A stretch of 64,000 nt of DNA, taken from contig CAWBAT010000007.1 of assembly GCA_963786955.1 (NCBI GenBank), positions 128,001 through 192,000 of the forward strand, given 5' to 3'. The translations under genes were made by a program, and so were the position numbers. How positions within the stretch are numbered: the first letter of the stretch is position 1; each line of letters opens with the position of its first letter. This DNA comes from an uncultured Acidimicrobiia bacterium (lineage in GTDB: Bacteria > Acidobacteriota > Terriglobia > Versatilivoradales > Versatilivoraceae). The notes below the pieces were generated by a model. The model saw only the letters and a program-made list of their open reading frames with translations. It was not told where the DNA came from and ran no database searches. Below, one piece after another: positions 29,285 to 39,071 of this stretch.

Positions 29285-31357
29285 ATGAAAATCAGCACTC
29301 GATGGCTCAAGGATTTTGTTGACCTTCAAGTTGCTCCGGCTCAACTGGCGGACGATTTGACGAATTTGGGGGTTGTGGTGGAGACCATCGAGCCCGTTGG
29401 AGAGGATCAGGTTTTGAACCTGGATCTAACAACCAATCGCCCGGATTGTCTCAGTCATTTTGGAGTGGCTCGGGAAATTGCCGCTCACTATCAACTTTCC
29501 TTAAAGCCGGTTCGTTGTGAATTGGAAGAATCCTCTGAGCCTGCCAGCCTTGCGATCGGCCTTCTGATCGATGCACCTCGGCTTTGTTCCCGCTACAGCG
29601 CCCGGATCATTCGCGGTGTGCGGGTGGGACCTTCACCCTCTTGGCTAAGCCAGCGTTTGGAGAGCTTGGGAGTACGGTCGATTAATAATGTCGTGGATGT
29701 GACGAACTACGTTCTTTTAGAACTCGGACATCCGCTGCATGCTTTTGATCTCGCGAAAGTCGAAGGGAATCAGATCATTGTGCGAGAGGCAAGGGCGGGC
29801 GAGATGCTGATAACGATTGACGGCATCCAGAGAGAGCTTAAGGAAGGGATGCTCCTGATCGCAGACCGGCAACGGGGGCTCGCGCTGGCCGGGATCATGG
29901 GGGGGCAGGATAGTGAAATCGGCCTTTCATCGGTCGATGTGCTTTTGGAAAGTGCCTGGTTTGATCCAATTTCGATCCGTCAAACGTCCAAAGCATTCAA
30001 CATGCATACCGAGGCTTCCCATCGATTCGAGAGAGGTGCGGATGTCGAGGCAACAATCCCGGCTTTGGATCGGGCCGCCGCACTCATCCAAGAAACTGCC
30101 GGCGGAGCGATATTACGAGGCATTGTCGATACCTATCCGGGGCGCCAACCCAGACCACTGATCCATTTACGGAAATCCCGAATCTCTCAAGTGATGGGGG
30201 CGGTCGTCGAGCCTGGATATATTGAACAGTTATTGAAGGCTTTGAATTTTCACTTCGTGAGTACGGATGCGAATGGTTGGAAAATTCGCCCTCCGACGTC
30301 TCGACTGGACGTGACTCGCGAAATTGATCTGATCGAAGAGATTGCGCGGCATTACGGATATGGGCGGTTCCCTTCCACGCTCCCAAATTGGCGTGGAGGC
30401 GCCAGCCGGAGGCCGGAAGTGTCCAGGCAAAGGAAGATCAAGCGGAGCCTGATGAGTCTGGGGTATACGGAGGTCCTGACGTACCCCTTTATCAACGCCA
30501 CTGAAAACAGCTCATTCAGTGACCGAGAACCCGTCCGCCTCTTAAATCCGCTTTCTCAAGAAACAGCCGTCATGCGGACCTCGCTACTTCCGGGGTTACT
30601 TTCTTCTTTTCTGAGAAATTACAATCGGGGGACTAAAACGGTCCAATTCTATGAGATGGGTCGGCTTTTTTGGGGGATTGAAGATGAGTTTTCCGAAGAA
30701 GTGGAATCTCTCGGAATGATCATCAGTGGCAATGCCCAAGAAAAATCTGCTCATGCAGGAACCGCAGCTTTCAGTTTCTTTGATTTGAAGGGGGATGTCG
30801 AAATCCTCATAGACGCCTTAGGATTGCCCTCGGAAAGAGTCCGATTTGTCCGCAGTCCCGAGCCCGTTCATGAACCGGAGTACTATCATCCAGCGGTTTC
30901 CTGTGAGCTGCGGCTTGACGAAACGAAGATTGGGGCTCTCGGGAGATTGCATCCAGTCATCTGCGAAGCCTATAAGATTCGACAAGCTGTGTTTGTAGCT
31001 GAGCTCTGGCTCGGTTCGTGCTATGGTTTTGAGATTGAAGAACGGGTATTTGGTGAATTTCCGAAATATCCTGCGGTATTGAGAGATCTCTCCATCGTGG
31101 TCGACAAGAAAGTAGATTACAGTTCGATTGAATCGGCCATACAGTCGGCGGGAATTCCTGAAATTCAGAAGGTGTTTCCTTTTGACCTCTATCTGGGAGA
31201 TCCGATGCCCCCCCACAAGAAGGGAATTTCGATCAGTATTGTGTTTCAAGGCAAGGACAGGACTTTATTAGAGGAGGAAATCAATCGGTATCAAGAACGC
31301 ATCCTGAATTTGCTGCGAGAGAATCTTGGTGCCGAGTTGAGGTCATCGCGTGAATAA
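29285..31357 (+). CDS. pheT: phenylalanine--tRNA ligase beta subunit (short form without B2 domain)
   Basis: TTNRPDCLS, INNVVDVTNY, ASHRFERG, DLIEEIAR, FDX-ACB tail. Confidence 0.96.
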   Translation: MKISTRWLKDFVDLQVAPAQLADDLTNLGVVVETIEPVGEDQVLNLDLTTNRPDCLSHFGVAREIAAHYQLSLKPVRCELEESSEPASLAIGLLIDAPRLCSRYSARIIRGVRVGPSPSWLSQRLESLGVRSINNVVDVTNYVLLELGHPLHAFDLAKVEGNQIIVREARAGEMLITIDGIQRELKEGMLLIADRQRGLALAGIMGGQDSEIGLSSVDVLLESAWFDPISIRQTSKAFNMHTEASHRFERGADVEATIPALDRAAALIQETAGGAILRGIVDTYPGRQPRPLIHLRKSRISQVMGAVVEPGYIEQLLKALNFHFVSTDANGWKIRPPTSRLDVTREIDLIEEIARHYGYGRFPSTLPNWRGGASRRPEVSRQRKIKRSLMSLGYTEVLTYPFINATENSSFSDREPVRLLNPLSQETAVMRTSLLPGLLSSFLRNYNRGTKTVQFYEMGRLFWGIEDEFSEEVESLGMIISGNAQEKSAHAGTAAFSFFDLKGDVEILIDALGLPSERVRFVRSPEPVHEPEYYHPAVSCELRLDETKIGALGRLHPVICEAYKIRQAVFVAELWLGSCYGFEIEERVFGEFPKYPAVLRDLSIVVDKKVDYSSIESAIQSAGIPEIQKVFPFDLYLGDPMPPHKKGISISIVFQGKDRTLLEEEINRYQERILNLLRENLGAELRSSRE

Positions 31358-31601
31358 TGGGATAGAAAAATTCACTGACCTGGAGAATAAGGTCTATCGC
31401 GCCATCGAACTGTTCAAGGCTGGCAGAGTCCAGAAGGAGGCCCTTGAAAAAGAGCTTCTAAAGGTTAAAGCGCAGCTTGAAGAAACGCGGAAAGAAAATG
31501 ACCATCTCAAAAAACTATTGGTCGAGCACAGAGGCGAGCGAGACCAAGTCAAAGAAAAGGTCGAAGCACTCTTGCAGAATCTGGAGACGCTGGCCCTCTA
31601 A
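31350..31601 (+). CDS. zapB: cell division protein ZapB-like coiled coil
   Basis: short coiled coil between pheT and zapA. Confidence 0.7.
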   Translation: MNNGIEKFTDLENKVYRAIELFKAGRVQKEALEKELLKVKAQLEETRKENDHLKKLLVEHRGERDQVKEKVEALLQNLETLAL

Positions 31602-31716
31602 AGAAGAATAAGGTGACGGAAATCAAGTGTCCCCCCTTGGCTAAGTTGAGCATGTCTCACATCCTTTGTGTTGGACACAGGGGGTGTCTGAAAGCCTCAC
31701 GCCGAACCAGTTTTCG

Positions 31717-31880
31717 GCCCTATAGGGGCCACCGATCGTAGCCCAGGGCAAGCGCGTTAGTGCGCCGCCCTGGGTAGAAGTAACAGCCGAGTTGACCCTT
31801 CTCCCCCGCGCCCAGGTCTTTAGGTCCAGTGAAACGGTCTCCCAGCAGGGGGAGAGGGGATTGGGCAGTGGGGGGGACGG
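31717..31880 (+). repeat. composite REP unit (unoccupied homolog of the element target)
   Basis: gccctataggggc-...-tagcccagggc...gccctgggt followed by ccttctccccc...ggggagagggg. Confidence 0.75.
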
Positions 31881-32007
31881 CATAACTTGGTGCTCTCCAC
31901 CAAGCCCCCGTGTCCAGCCACCTGACTTATGGGTCAAGATTACTGAACCCGGAGGGGAGTATCTTGGAAGAGATCGCTGCAAAGAATAACTGCAAAGGAG
32001 AAACGTC

Positions 32008-32301
32008 ATGGTAAACGTGGAGGGCTCCACTAGAGTAGAGGTTTTTGATCAAAGTTATCAAATCCGGGGCGTTGAGAACGATGAATATATTAAGAGTCTA
32101 GCGGCCTACGTAGACAAAAAGATGCGTGTGATTGCGGATGTCTGTAAGACTGTTGATGGTCAAAAGGTTGCTGTCCTGGCGGCTTTGAATATTGCGGACG
32201 AACTCTTCCAGGAGAAAGAGAACTCCCGTAAACTCGACACTCTCATTTACGACAAGAGCGCGCAATGTTCTCGCATGCTCGACCAGGTCCTGCGCCGTTA
32301 G
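32008..32301 (+). CDS. zapA: cell division protein ZapA
   Basis: V.VFDQSY.I...EY...LA.YVD.KM, AVLAALNIADEL. Confidence 0.93.
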   Translation: MVNVEGSTRVEVFDQSYQIRGVENDEYIKSLAAYVDKKMRVIADVCKTVDGQKVAVLAALNIADELFQEKENSRKLDTLIYDKSAQCSRMLDQVLRR

Positions 32302-32390
32302 AAAGCGAATGCGAGAACGGATGAAAACCCAGCAGACCTCTCCACGGGGCTCATTGGGTTTGGAGGGCAGAACTCTGTGAGGCCGCGATG

Positions 32391-32459
32391 GTAGGGCGAA
32401 GCATTCGCTGCATAGCAGAGACTGATTCATCAGCCGACAACGAATGCTTCGCCCTTACG
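32391..32459. repeat. REPIN-like palindrome (related copy at ~53148-53219)
   Basis: gtagggcgaagcattcg...cgaatgcttcgcccttac. Confidence 0.7.
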
Positions 32460-32578
32460 GATGGCCTCTATTGGCGAGACCGACGCTATCATTGCGGCAT
32501 CAGTTGGCGTCGCAGAGCTCCGCCCCCCAAGGCGTTCATTCAGCGTGCGTGGGGGCCCTCCCTGTCACCGAACTGGTT

Positions 32579-33661
32579 TTACATCCCGACGAGTGGCCTG
32601 AGAATTTCAACCTCTTTCATTGTAGTAACCATGATATTCAGGAATAGTCCGCGCGCTTCGAGCGAATCCATCAGCAGACTGAGCTCTGCAGGGGTGAAGG
32701 AACCCCGGATGAGTAGGGGACGCCTCGCCTTTTGAACCCTCTGAAAATAAGGAACCATCTTCTCGAGTGGCGGACCACAGACGTCGTTGTTGATTTCATA
32801 GCACTGAATTTCCTGGATTTCCAGGAAGGCATCTAAAAGGAACATTGAAGTGGAGTGCAGATGAATGAAACTGTTCGCAAATTGACCGGCAAGCATGCGG
32901 TCTACAGGTTGGACGAGTTTTCGATAGAGTTGCGGAGAGTAGACTGCCGTGGCATCTTCTTGTACTCGTATGATGGGTCCGGGCGACCAGAGCGAATATT
33001 GGGCATCAAAATATCCGCCATGGAATAATGGGACGCGTTTCCAAAGCTCTTGCGTGATTTCCACGAAAATGTTTCCCATCTGCCAGAGAATCTCAGCCGA
33101 TTTTTCGGGTTCTTCCTTGAGATCCAGGATGCTTTGGTTATGCCCCCGAAGCATGGCATGGAGGTCCGTGGGTCCGATCTCTGGGCTGTGACTTACCGGA
33201 AATCGCCCGTTGGATTCTGCGACCAGGAACTGGGCAAATTCGAGGTACTTCGCAAACCAAGGGTTTCCATGGTCCAAACGCACTCTTAAGGCTTTATCCC
33301 AGGAAAGCAGTTGTTCTTCACCCATGACATTTTCGGGCAGGACGCGTAATGGGCAGCCGAGCATGGCGGGAAGAAATGGCACAGCTACTTGCATTGGGCA
33401 TGCCCCTCGAATCAGATCGTCACTCACGCGCTCTCCCTCCTGCATCAAGCGCGTATAATCCTCCATGAAAGCTCGAGGATCAATCATATCGGGGGTCAGG
33501 TATTTGACAGAGTCCCAGGACCGGCAAGCCTCAAACTCATTCAAAGGAAACCATCCGATGAAAGTAAAACCGACCAGTGGCCGGCGCACATCGTCGCGAT
33601 TCCAAAACTGACGATATTTTTGAATTTTTTCTTGATCATTCCCGAAGGCAGTTTTAGACAT
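32579..33661 (-). CDS. uroporphyrinogen decarboxylase/methyltransferase-like (URO-D fold) protein
   Basis: GPTD..AMLRG..., ED....SP..Y.K.V.P, HLHS metal site. Confidence 0.6.
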   Translation of the reverse strand: MSKTAFGNDQEKIQKYRQFWNRDDVRRPLVGFTFIGWFPLNEFEACRSWDSVKYLTPDMIDPRAFMEDYTRLMQEGERVSDDLIRGACPMQVAVPFLPAMLGCPLRVLPENVMGEEQLLSWDKALRVRLDHGNPWFAKYLEFAQFLVAESNGRFPVSHSPEIGPTDLHAMLRGHNQSILDLKEEPEKSAEILWQMGNIFVEITQELWKRVPLFHGGYFDAQYSLWSPGPIIRVQEDATAVYSPQLYRKLVQPVDRMLAGQFANSFIHLHSTSMFLLDAFLEIQEIQCYEINNDVCGPPLEKMVPYFQRVQKARRPLLIRGSFTPAELSLLMDSLEARGLFLNIMVTTMKEVEILRPLVGM

Positions 33662-33791
33662 GGAGTCTCCGTTGAGCAAGAGTTATTTCGTTCAGACGCG
33701 GAGGATGATCCTGCAGCTGGGGCGCCTAAACAAGGAAAAGATCTAAGGGCTCCTTTGATCCGTTCAAGAGTGACTTGCGAAAGGGCATGAA

Positions 33792-34400
33792 TCAGTCCGC
33801 AGCTTTGCGAAGCAGACAGAGGACTTCGTCTCCTCCGAAACTGGTTTTCCCGACCGTCATCCCTAGAAATTCAAACCCTTGCTCACCGGCTTGATTCAGC
33901 TCCTTTTGCATGGTGGAAGTCTTGGTGGTGGCTAATAGTTTGAACCGGACAGGCTTGGCAGGCTGGTCTAAAGCCCGCTCCAGGATGATGGCCACTTCCC
34001 GGCCACCGAAAGCCGATTGGAAAACGGTCTGTCCCAGGTACTCGAAACCTTCTTCGCCCGCTTGTTGCAATTCCTTCTGCATAGTGCCAGTACGTTGAGC
34101 GGCCAGCAACTGATACTTCTTATGGACGCTATCTTTGGCACCGATTCTTTTTCCCATCACGACAACGACTTCTTTCCCGCCTGTTCCGGTCTCACCTCCC
34201 ATGACCCCCATGAAGCCATAGCCGGCACTGCCAGCTTCGTTCATCTCCTTCTCCATGGTGGAAGTGCGACTCGTTGCCAAAACACGATAACCGTAATTCA
34301 TCGGGTCGGCTGCGAAACCTGTTGCTGATGTGAATACCAGAACCAGGAAAATTTGAGCGGCTATGAAGAACTGATGTGAGAATACCCTGGCAACCTTCAC
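33792..34400 (-). CDS. exported protein with three internal repeats
   Basis: three copies of Y/F.(V/L)LA..(R/K)T.TM.KE...AG..G(Y/F)..(M/L)G; signal peptide; likely GTG start 34400. Confidence 0.7.
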   Translation of the reverse strand: MKVARVFSHQFFIAAQIFLVLVFTSATGFAADPMNYGYRVLATSRTSTMEKEMNEAGSAGYGFMGVMGGETGTGGKEVVVVMGKRIGAKDSVHKKYQLLAAQRTGTMQKELQQAGEEGFEYLGQTVFQSAFGGREVAIILERALDQPAKPVRFKLLATTKTSTMQKELNQAGEQGFEFLGMTVGKTSFGGDEVLCLLRKAAD

Positions 34401-34507
34401 GCCAGTGTGTGAATGGAGTGTTAAGGACATAGGGACTAACCGGCCACCAACATCTGCTCGGCTTGCTCTCATTTTTGCTTCCATTCGCATTGTCGCACCT
34501 CTTCCTT

Positions 34508-35023
34508 TCATCCTCGGGCCCGCAGGGTGTGTAACATTCTTGCCCATAGGTGGTATGAACCGCCGAGGGTTGCTGCAACGAGAGCAATGCCAAAGGACGT
34601 CTCGGATCCATTCACGAAATACCAGGAGCCGAAAATGGCAAGGGGTACGTAGAGCAAAACGCCGGTAACGAGACCGGGTGAATACCGTCCAGTCTGAATC
34701 GTGCCTACAAAATGAAAGATGGCGTTCGAGAATAGCAATGCCGCCAGTGCAATCCAACTAGCACCTGCGTAGTTGGAGGAAATGCCACTTCGGAGATGCT
34801 CGCCACCAATCACTGTGCCGGCTTTACCCAATCCAGTCAGTCCCACATTCATGCAGAAAGCGATGAGCAGGAGATTCACGATGACATGAAGTCGCGGAGT
34901 GATGCTCTGACGAATCTGAGGACGGTACGCTCGGTCCCAATCTGCAAATCCACCGGGCCAAAAGAACTCTTCAGTAATGTGCAAAGTAACTGCAAACAGC
35001 GGAGCCCACCAAAGCCATTTCAT
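34508..35023 (-). CDS. HXXEE domain membrane protein
   Basis: LHITEEF.WPGGF, NA.FH, YSPGLVTG. Confidence 0.9.
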   Translation of the reverse strand: MKWLWWAPLFAVTLHITEEFFWPGGFADWDRAYRPQIRQSITPRLHVIVNLLLIAFCMNVGLTGLGKAGTVIGGEHLRSGISSNYAGASWIALAALLFSNAIFHFVGTIQTGRYSPGLVTGVLLYVPLAIFGSWYFVNGSETSFGIALVAATLGGSYHLWARMLHTLRARG

Positions 35024-35113
35024 CTCCCTACCTCTTTATTGTTCCGATCAGTATGCAAAGAAAGCGTACCCAACTGCCGCATGCGAGTCAAGCCGGCAGA
35101 ATACACTGTGGAT

Positions 35114-35318
35114 ATGTCAATCAGCAGGAAACTCGGCGAAAACATCAAGAAAATACAAAGCCGAAAAGGAATGTCGCAAGGCAACATCTACCGAGGGCTT
35201 GATATGGATAGGGGTTAGGTTAGCGCCATCTAGAAAGGCAAGAAAAATATAACTATTCCGCAGTTTGAACGCTTGCCCCAAGTACTCGGCGTTTGGGTTG
35301 ATGAAGTTGCTAAAATAA
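35114..35318 (+). pseudogene. XRE-family HTH regulator remnant
   Basis: LGENIKKI...KGMSQG.I...LDMDRG*VSAI*KGKKNITI...ERL..LGV; two in-frame TAG stops. Confidence 0.7.
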
Positions 35319-35420
35319 AAAATACCATTAAGGCAATCGGACGCTAAATGTTGTTCCTTCCGCCGCCTTAGCACCTCTTCCTGATATTCGCGCGCTGATT
35401 TAGCTTGTAACAACGGTTTA

Positions 35421-36896
35421 TTACAACTCAACTTTTATCAGCGCCGGATATTTTGTGACCAAGGATTCTAATGAATTTCCAGTTTCGCCCTTTAGGTGTT
35501 GGTCAAAAAACGCCAACGATACGGCTTCTGTGATTTCAAGACATTTTGCTGGATCAGTTTTTCCGCTTATGCCAATTAGCTCGCGTAGCTTACGGACACC
35601 TATAAAAAGGCCGGCGTCTATGAATTTCATATGATCGCTGCCTTCAATCGTAAACAAATTTCCGGATGCCTTAAGAACCTCGGCAAGTCCTATGATGTTT
35701 TGTTGTGCTCTATTGTAAGTCTCATGATACGTCTGATCAGCAGGCATATCTTCGGGATTTCCCATAAGGTTCTTTCGGTTCTGGATCGCTTGGACATGGG
35801 ATTTATCGTTTGCCAGCATTAGAAAAGGCGCCATATCGTTCGAGCCCTCTTTAGGAGTGATGAAAACGATGCCGTCCAAATCAATAGCGGCCTTAACTCT
35901 GTCGTCATTGATTGCCAAGTTATATGCTACTGCGCCGCCGACGGAATGGCCTATGACACCTATTTTATCAAGATTCAACCTTCCTCTAAAAATGGTGTCC
36001 ATTTTGCCTTCATTCAGTTCGCCTAACTTTTCAATGACAAATTTAGAATCGTCGGCCATGATTTGAGTAATGATCTCTGCAGGCTCGGGCGTGTTGAAGT
36101 CTGTAGTAGCTTCTTTTGCCGAAACAATTCTGTCAGGAAAAACGGTTGCTACTGAGGCATAGGTATGGTCAATGGCCACGACAATATAGCCGTGGCTTGC
36201 CAAATCTTCACTTTGGGATGTTAGAATTTCCATCGTCATCCCTGCGCCGTGAGAAAACAGAATCACCGGGTAGCTTTGTTGACCGTCGGTCAGCTCTAGA
36301 TCATCTTTTGAATTCGTCTTTACGAGCTTGAGATGATCAAACATAAAGCTGGGCATACGATAGCCTTCCGAAAACAACCTTAGAAGGTTGGAAGAATTGT
36401 GAAAGTAGAGGGAAAGTGGTTTTGAGTCATCTTTCTTTGCGGGATAATAGACTTTAACCATCAGCTCTCGCTTTTGAGTTGATTTAGCTAAGAAAGGGTC
36501 GGTGCGGTTTTTATTCACAAGATCAAAGTATTTAATGCCGACCGCATAGGGGCCGGTCGGTTTAGGAAAGGTAAATACGGGGAGGACATAAGCTAAAAAG
36601 AAGGTAAGTGCAAGAAGTACAACGGATAGGCTTATTGCGATGACCTTAAGCGCTTTTGGAATTCTGACTTCGGGGAACTTGCCGCTTGCTTTTGCTAACG
36701 CATAAACCATAAGCAGAATGACAAAAACATAGGAGAAAGCCATCTGATAACGAAAGCCCTCGAAGATACCATGGATCACGAAAACGGATAGATTTGCGCC
36801 TGCAACCCCCAACCACACCGCCTTCGACTGCTTTTTAAAGCTCAAAATCAGAGCCAGCAAGTTCTCGAAAATTAATATAATTTCGAATGTCCTCAT
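35421..36896 (-). CDS. membrane-anchored alpha/beta hydrolase (PAF-acetylhydrolase-like)
   Basis: PKPTGPYAVG, PVILFSHG, LASHGYIV, GHSVGG, LDG, H..F.D. Confidence 0.85.
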   Translation of the reverse strand: MRTFEIILIFENLLALILSFKKQSKAVWLGVAGANLSVFVIHGIFEGFRYQMAFSYVFVILLMVYALAKASGKFPEVRIPKALKVIAISLSVVLLALTFFLAYVLPVFTFPKPTGPYAVGIKYFDLVNKNRTDPFLAKSTQKRELMVKVYYPAKKDDSKPLSLYFHNSSNLLRLFSEGYRMPSFMFDHLKLVKTNSKDDLELTDGQQSYPVILFSHGAGMTMEILTSQSEDLASHGYIVVAIDHTYASVATVFPDRIVSAKEATTDFNTPEPAEIITQIMADDSKFVIEKLGELNEGKMDTIFRGRLNLDKIGVIGHSVGGAVAYNLAINDDRVKAAIDLDGIVFITPKEGSNDMAPFLMLANDKSHVQAIQNRKNLMGNPEDMPADQTYHETYNRAQQNIIGLAEVLKASGNLFTIEGSDHMKFIDAGLFIGVRKLRELIGISGKTDPAKCLEITEAVSLAFFDQHLKGETGNSLESLVTKYPALIKVEL

Positions 36897-36902
36897 GAGA
36901 TT

Positions 36903-37376
36903 CTAAATATTACATACTTTGCGCTTTGGAAAGACGCTCACTAATGCGCTCGCAAACACCCAACTAGTCATCCCGCCTAGCAGGCCGGGAAGTAAGAGTA
37001 AAATCGCAGTCAGAGCGATAAGGGCACCAATTCCGCTCACGTGGGGGTGCGGTAAAGCTAGAGAAATTTTAACAAGTAACGCACAGAATACAGCGTACAG
37101 CGGGACGAGGAGTATTGCCGAAACAACCAATTTAGAGACGGTAACCTTTAAGAAATTATTTCCTTCCGTCAACGAAGTTGCATGTTGTCTTAATATGTTT
37201 TGAATTTCATCGGTTATCGCCGAGATCCCAAAACGTATGCTCACGCTACCATCTGACTCTTCAACGTCCTTATAATTATCCATGAAGGTTTGCATCATTT
37301 GCGCGCCGAAGAATTCTCGGTAGCTGTGCGGATAAAACATTAATATCACGTTGTAAAGACGTATGGCATTTTTCAT
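36903..37376 (-). CDS. PadR-associated membrane protein
   Basis: LY..IL.FYP.SYRE.FG..M.QTF.D motif typical of genes downstream of padR. Confidence 0.65.
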   Translation of the reverse strand: MKNAIRLYNVILMFYPHSYREFFGAQMMQTFMDNYKDVEESDGSVSIRFGISAITDEIQNILRQHATSLTEGNNFLKVTVSKLVVSAILLVPLYAVFCALLVKISLALPHPHVSGIGALIALTAILLLLPGLLGGMTSWVFASALVSVFPKRKVCNI

Positions 37377-37735
37377 ATATGTAAGTTTGCAGTTAGCAAG
37401 TTCGCAACTATCTTGTGATTTTTAATAACTTTTACTGTATCCATATATCTTTTCATTTCCGCTTGCAGCGCTTGTCGTCCTAGGTTTGTAAGTTTGTAAT
37501 ACTTACGCCTCGCATCATCATCCCCGGCTCTATCCCCAGCATACTCGACAAACCCATCCGAAAGCATACGTTTTAGAGAACCGTACAAAGTTCCATTTCC
37601 CATTTTTACTTTGCCTTGCGAATCCTGTCTTACCTCTTTCATGATTTCGTATCCATGCTTCTCGCATTTTGCTAAGGCAAGAAGGATGTGGAATACGGCC
37701 GGGGTAAGCGGCAGTGCATACTTTATGTCTGTCAT
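37373..37735 (-). CDS. PadR family transcriptional regulator
   Basis: FHILLAL...HGYEIM, GTLYGSLKRM, RRKYYKLT.LG; ATG 37735. Confidence 0.92.
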   Translation of the reverse strand: MTDIKYALPLTPAVFHILLALAKCEKHGYEIMKEVRQDSQGKVKMGNGTLYGSLKRMLSDGFVEYAGDRAGDDDARRKYYKLTNLGRQALQAEMKRYMDTVKVIKNHKIVANLLTANLHI

Positions 37736-37741
37736 GGACCT

Positions 37742-37770
37742 ATGATATGTCTGTAGCGGACATATGTCAA
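37742..37770 (-). promoter_or_regulatory. padR promoter overlapped by palindromic operator
   Basis: TTGACA-17-TATCAT on minus strand; ATATGTC-N7-GACATAT at 37745-37765. Confidence 0.7.
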
Positions 37771-37926
37771 GCACAAAAATGGCCATGTCAAGCTTCTTGC
37801 GCACGAACGATTGAAATAGTCCATTTAGCAACTCGCAAATTCAATGCCTTCCGCCTAATCCCTTCTGAATCCGACACAGATCTCCGCCTCAAAAGATCGC
37901 GCTGTTAGGAGGTTCTCAAAATCCGC

Positions 37927-37956
37927 TTGACCCCCTCACGGGAATGCTCTTACTAT
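37927..37956 (+). promoter_or_regulatory. sigma70 promoter of 6S RNA
   Basis: TTGACC-18-TACTAT just before the RNA 5' end. Confidence 0.65.
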
Positions 37957-37962
37957 TTGCAT

Positions 37963-38132
37963 GCCCTGCGATGTTTGTGTTGGCACACCAATATTTGAAC
38001 CAACACCTATTTGAATGGGAGCCCTTGTCTTCTTACGGTGTGCAAACTTCACCATGTGAAGTTTCCTAAAGTAGAAGTTGGGTGCCCACCTGGTAACAGG
38101 TCCAAATAGAGTGCCTCACGGCAAAGCGGGGC
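37963..38132 (+). ncRNA. ssrS: 6S RNA
   Basis: closing stem GCCCTGC/GCGGGGC followed by T7; internal TGAACC, GGGAGCC and GGTGCCCACCT motifs; ~170 nt; lies between zapA and rny. Confidence 0.85.
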
Positions 38133-38279
38133 TTTTTTTCGGTAGCTGGTTTCCGCTTGCCTTGATTGAAGGCTTTCTTGCGACTTGTTTGGATGGTTGA
38201 GAAATGCAGCTGGCGCATTCAGTTTTCACACCTTACCCCCAAAGATATTCTCACCTGAATTAGGAGGGCTTATTTCCTT

Positions 38280-39071
38280 ATGATGGAACCCGGGTATCGC
38301 AGCCTCAATCACCCTCTCGAAATGAGTAACCTCCCGTTCTCTTCTCAACGGAAAAAACGAAAGCACTTTCCGCCGGGAAGGCTCCAAAAGAAGACTTTGA
38401 AGATTTTGATTTTCATGGTGACCGCTCTCCTCACACTGCAAACTGTCGGCCCGGTCTATTCCGCGGGGAAATGGGTCGTGCTCTTCGACGGGAAATCCAC
38501 CGATGCATGGCGCGGTTTTAAGATCAGTAGCTTTCCTTCGACAGGCTGGGTGGTCGAAGACAATGCATTGAAAACCGTTGTGGGAGTGGACCACGTGGAC
38601 CTCATCACTAAAGAAGAATATCAGGATTTTGAATTGGAATTAGAGTGGCGAGTTACGCCCCGAGGTAATGGAGGAGTGTTCTACCGCGGGATTGAAGAGG
38701 GAGCTGCAATTTGGGAAACTGCTCCGGAGTACCAGGTCGTCGATGACGATCGGCACCCTGATGGAAAGAATCCTAAGACATCGGCCGCTTCCCTTTACGC
38801 ATTGATTGCGCCTGCCGGCAAGAAGCTTCAACCCGTCGGTGAGTACAACAAGGTAAGGATCATCGCGAATGGCACTCACGTCGAGCATTGGCTCAATAAT
38901 GTAAAAGTTCTTGAGTATGTGTGGGGAAGCCAGGACTTGAAGGATTTGATCGCTCAAAGCAAGTTTAGCAAGATGCCTGGATTTGCCCAATACAAGAAGG
39001 GCCATATAGCCTTGCAGCACCATGGGCAAGAAGTGTGGTACCGAAACATTCGGATTCGAACCCTGCCGTAA
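38280..39071 (+). CDS. DUF1080 (3-keto-disaccharide hydrolase) protein; true start probably ~38397-38415
   Basis: LFDGK...W, DL.T...YQDFELELEW, PEYQV.DD, GHIALQ.HG..VWYRNIRIR. Confidence 0.9.
   Translation: MMEPGYRSLNHPLEMSNLPFSSQRKKRKHFPPGRLQKKTLKILIFMVTALLTLQTVGPVYSAGKWVVLFDGKSTDAWRGFKISSFPSTGWVVEDNALKTVVGVDHVDLITKEEYQDFELELEWRVTPRGNGGVFYRGIEEGAAIWETAPEYQVVDDDRHPDGKNPKTSAASLYALIAPAGKKLQPVGEYNKVRIIANGTHVEHWLNNVKVLEYVWGSQDLKDLIAQSKFSKMPGFAQYKKGHIALQHHGQEVWYRNIRIRTLP

Noticed and set aside
35114-35318. Amber recoding (pyrrolysine/alternative code) in the XRE gene
   Set aside because: The two TAGs replace different expected residues, other substitutions and a late frameshift indicate decay, and TAG ends normal genes in this window.
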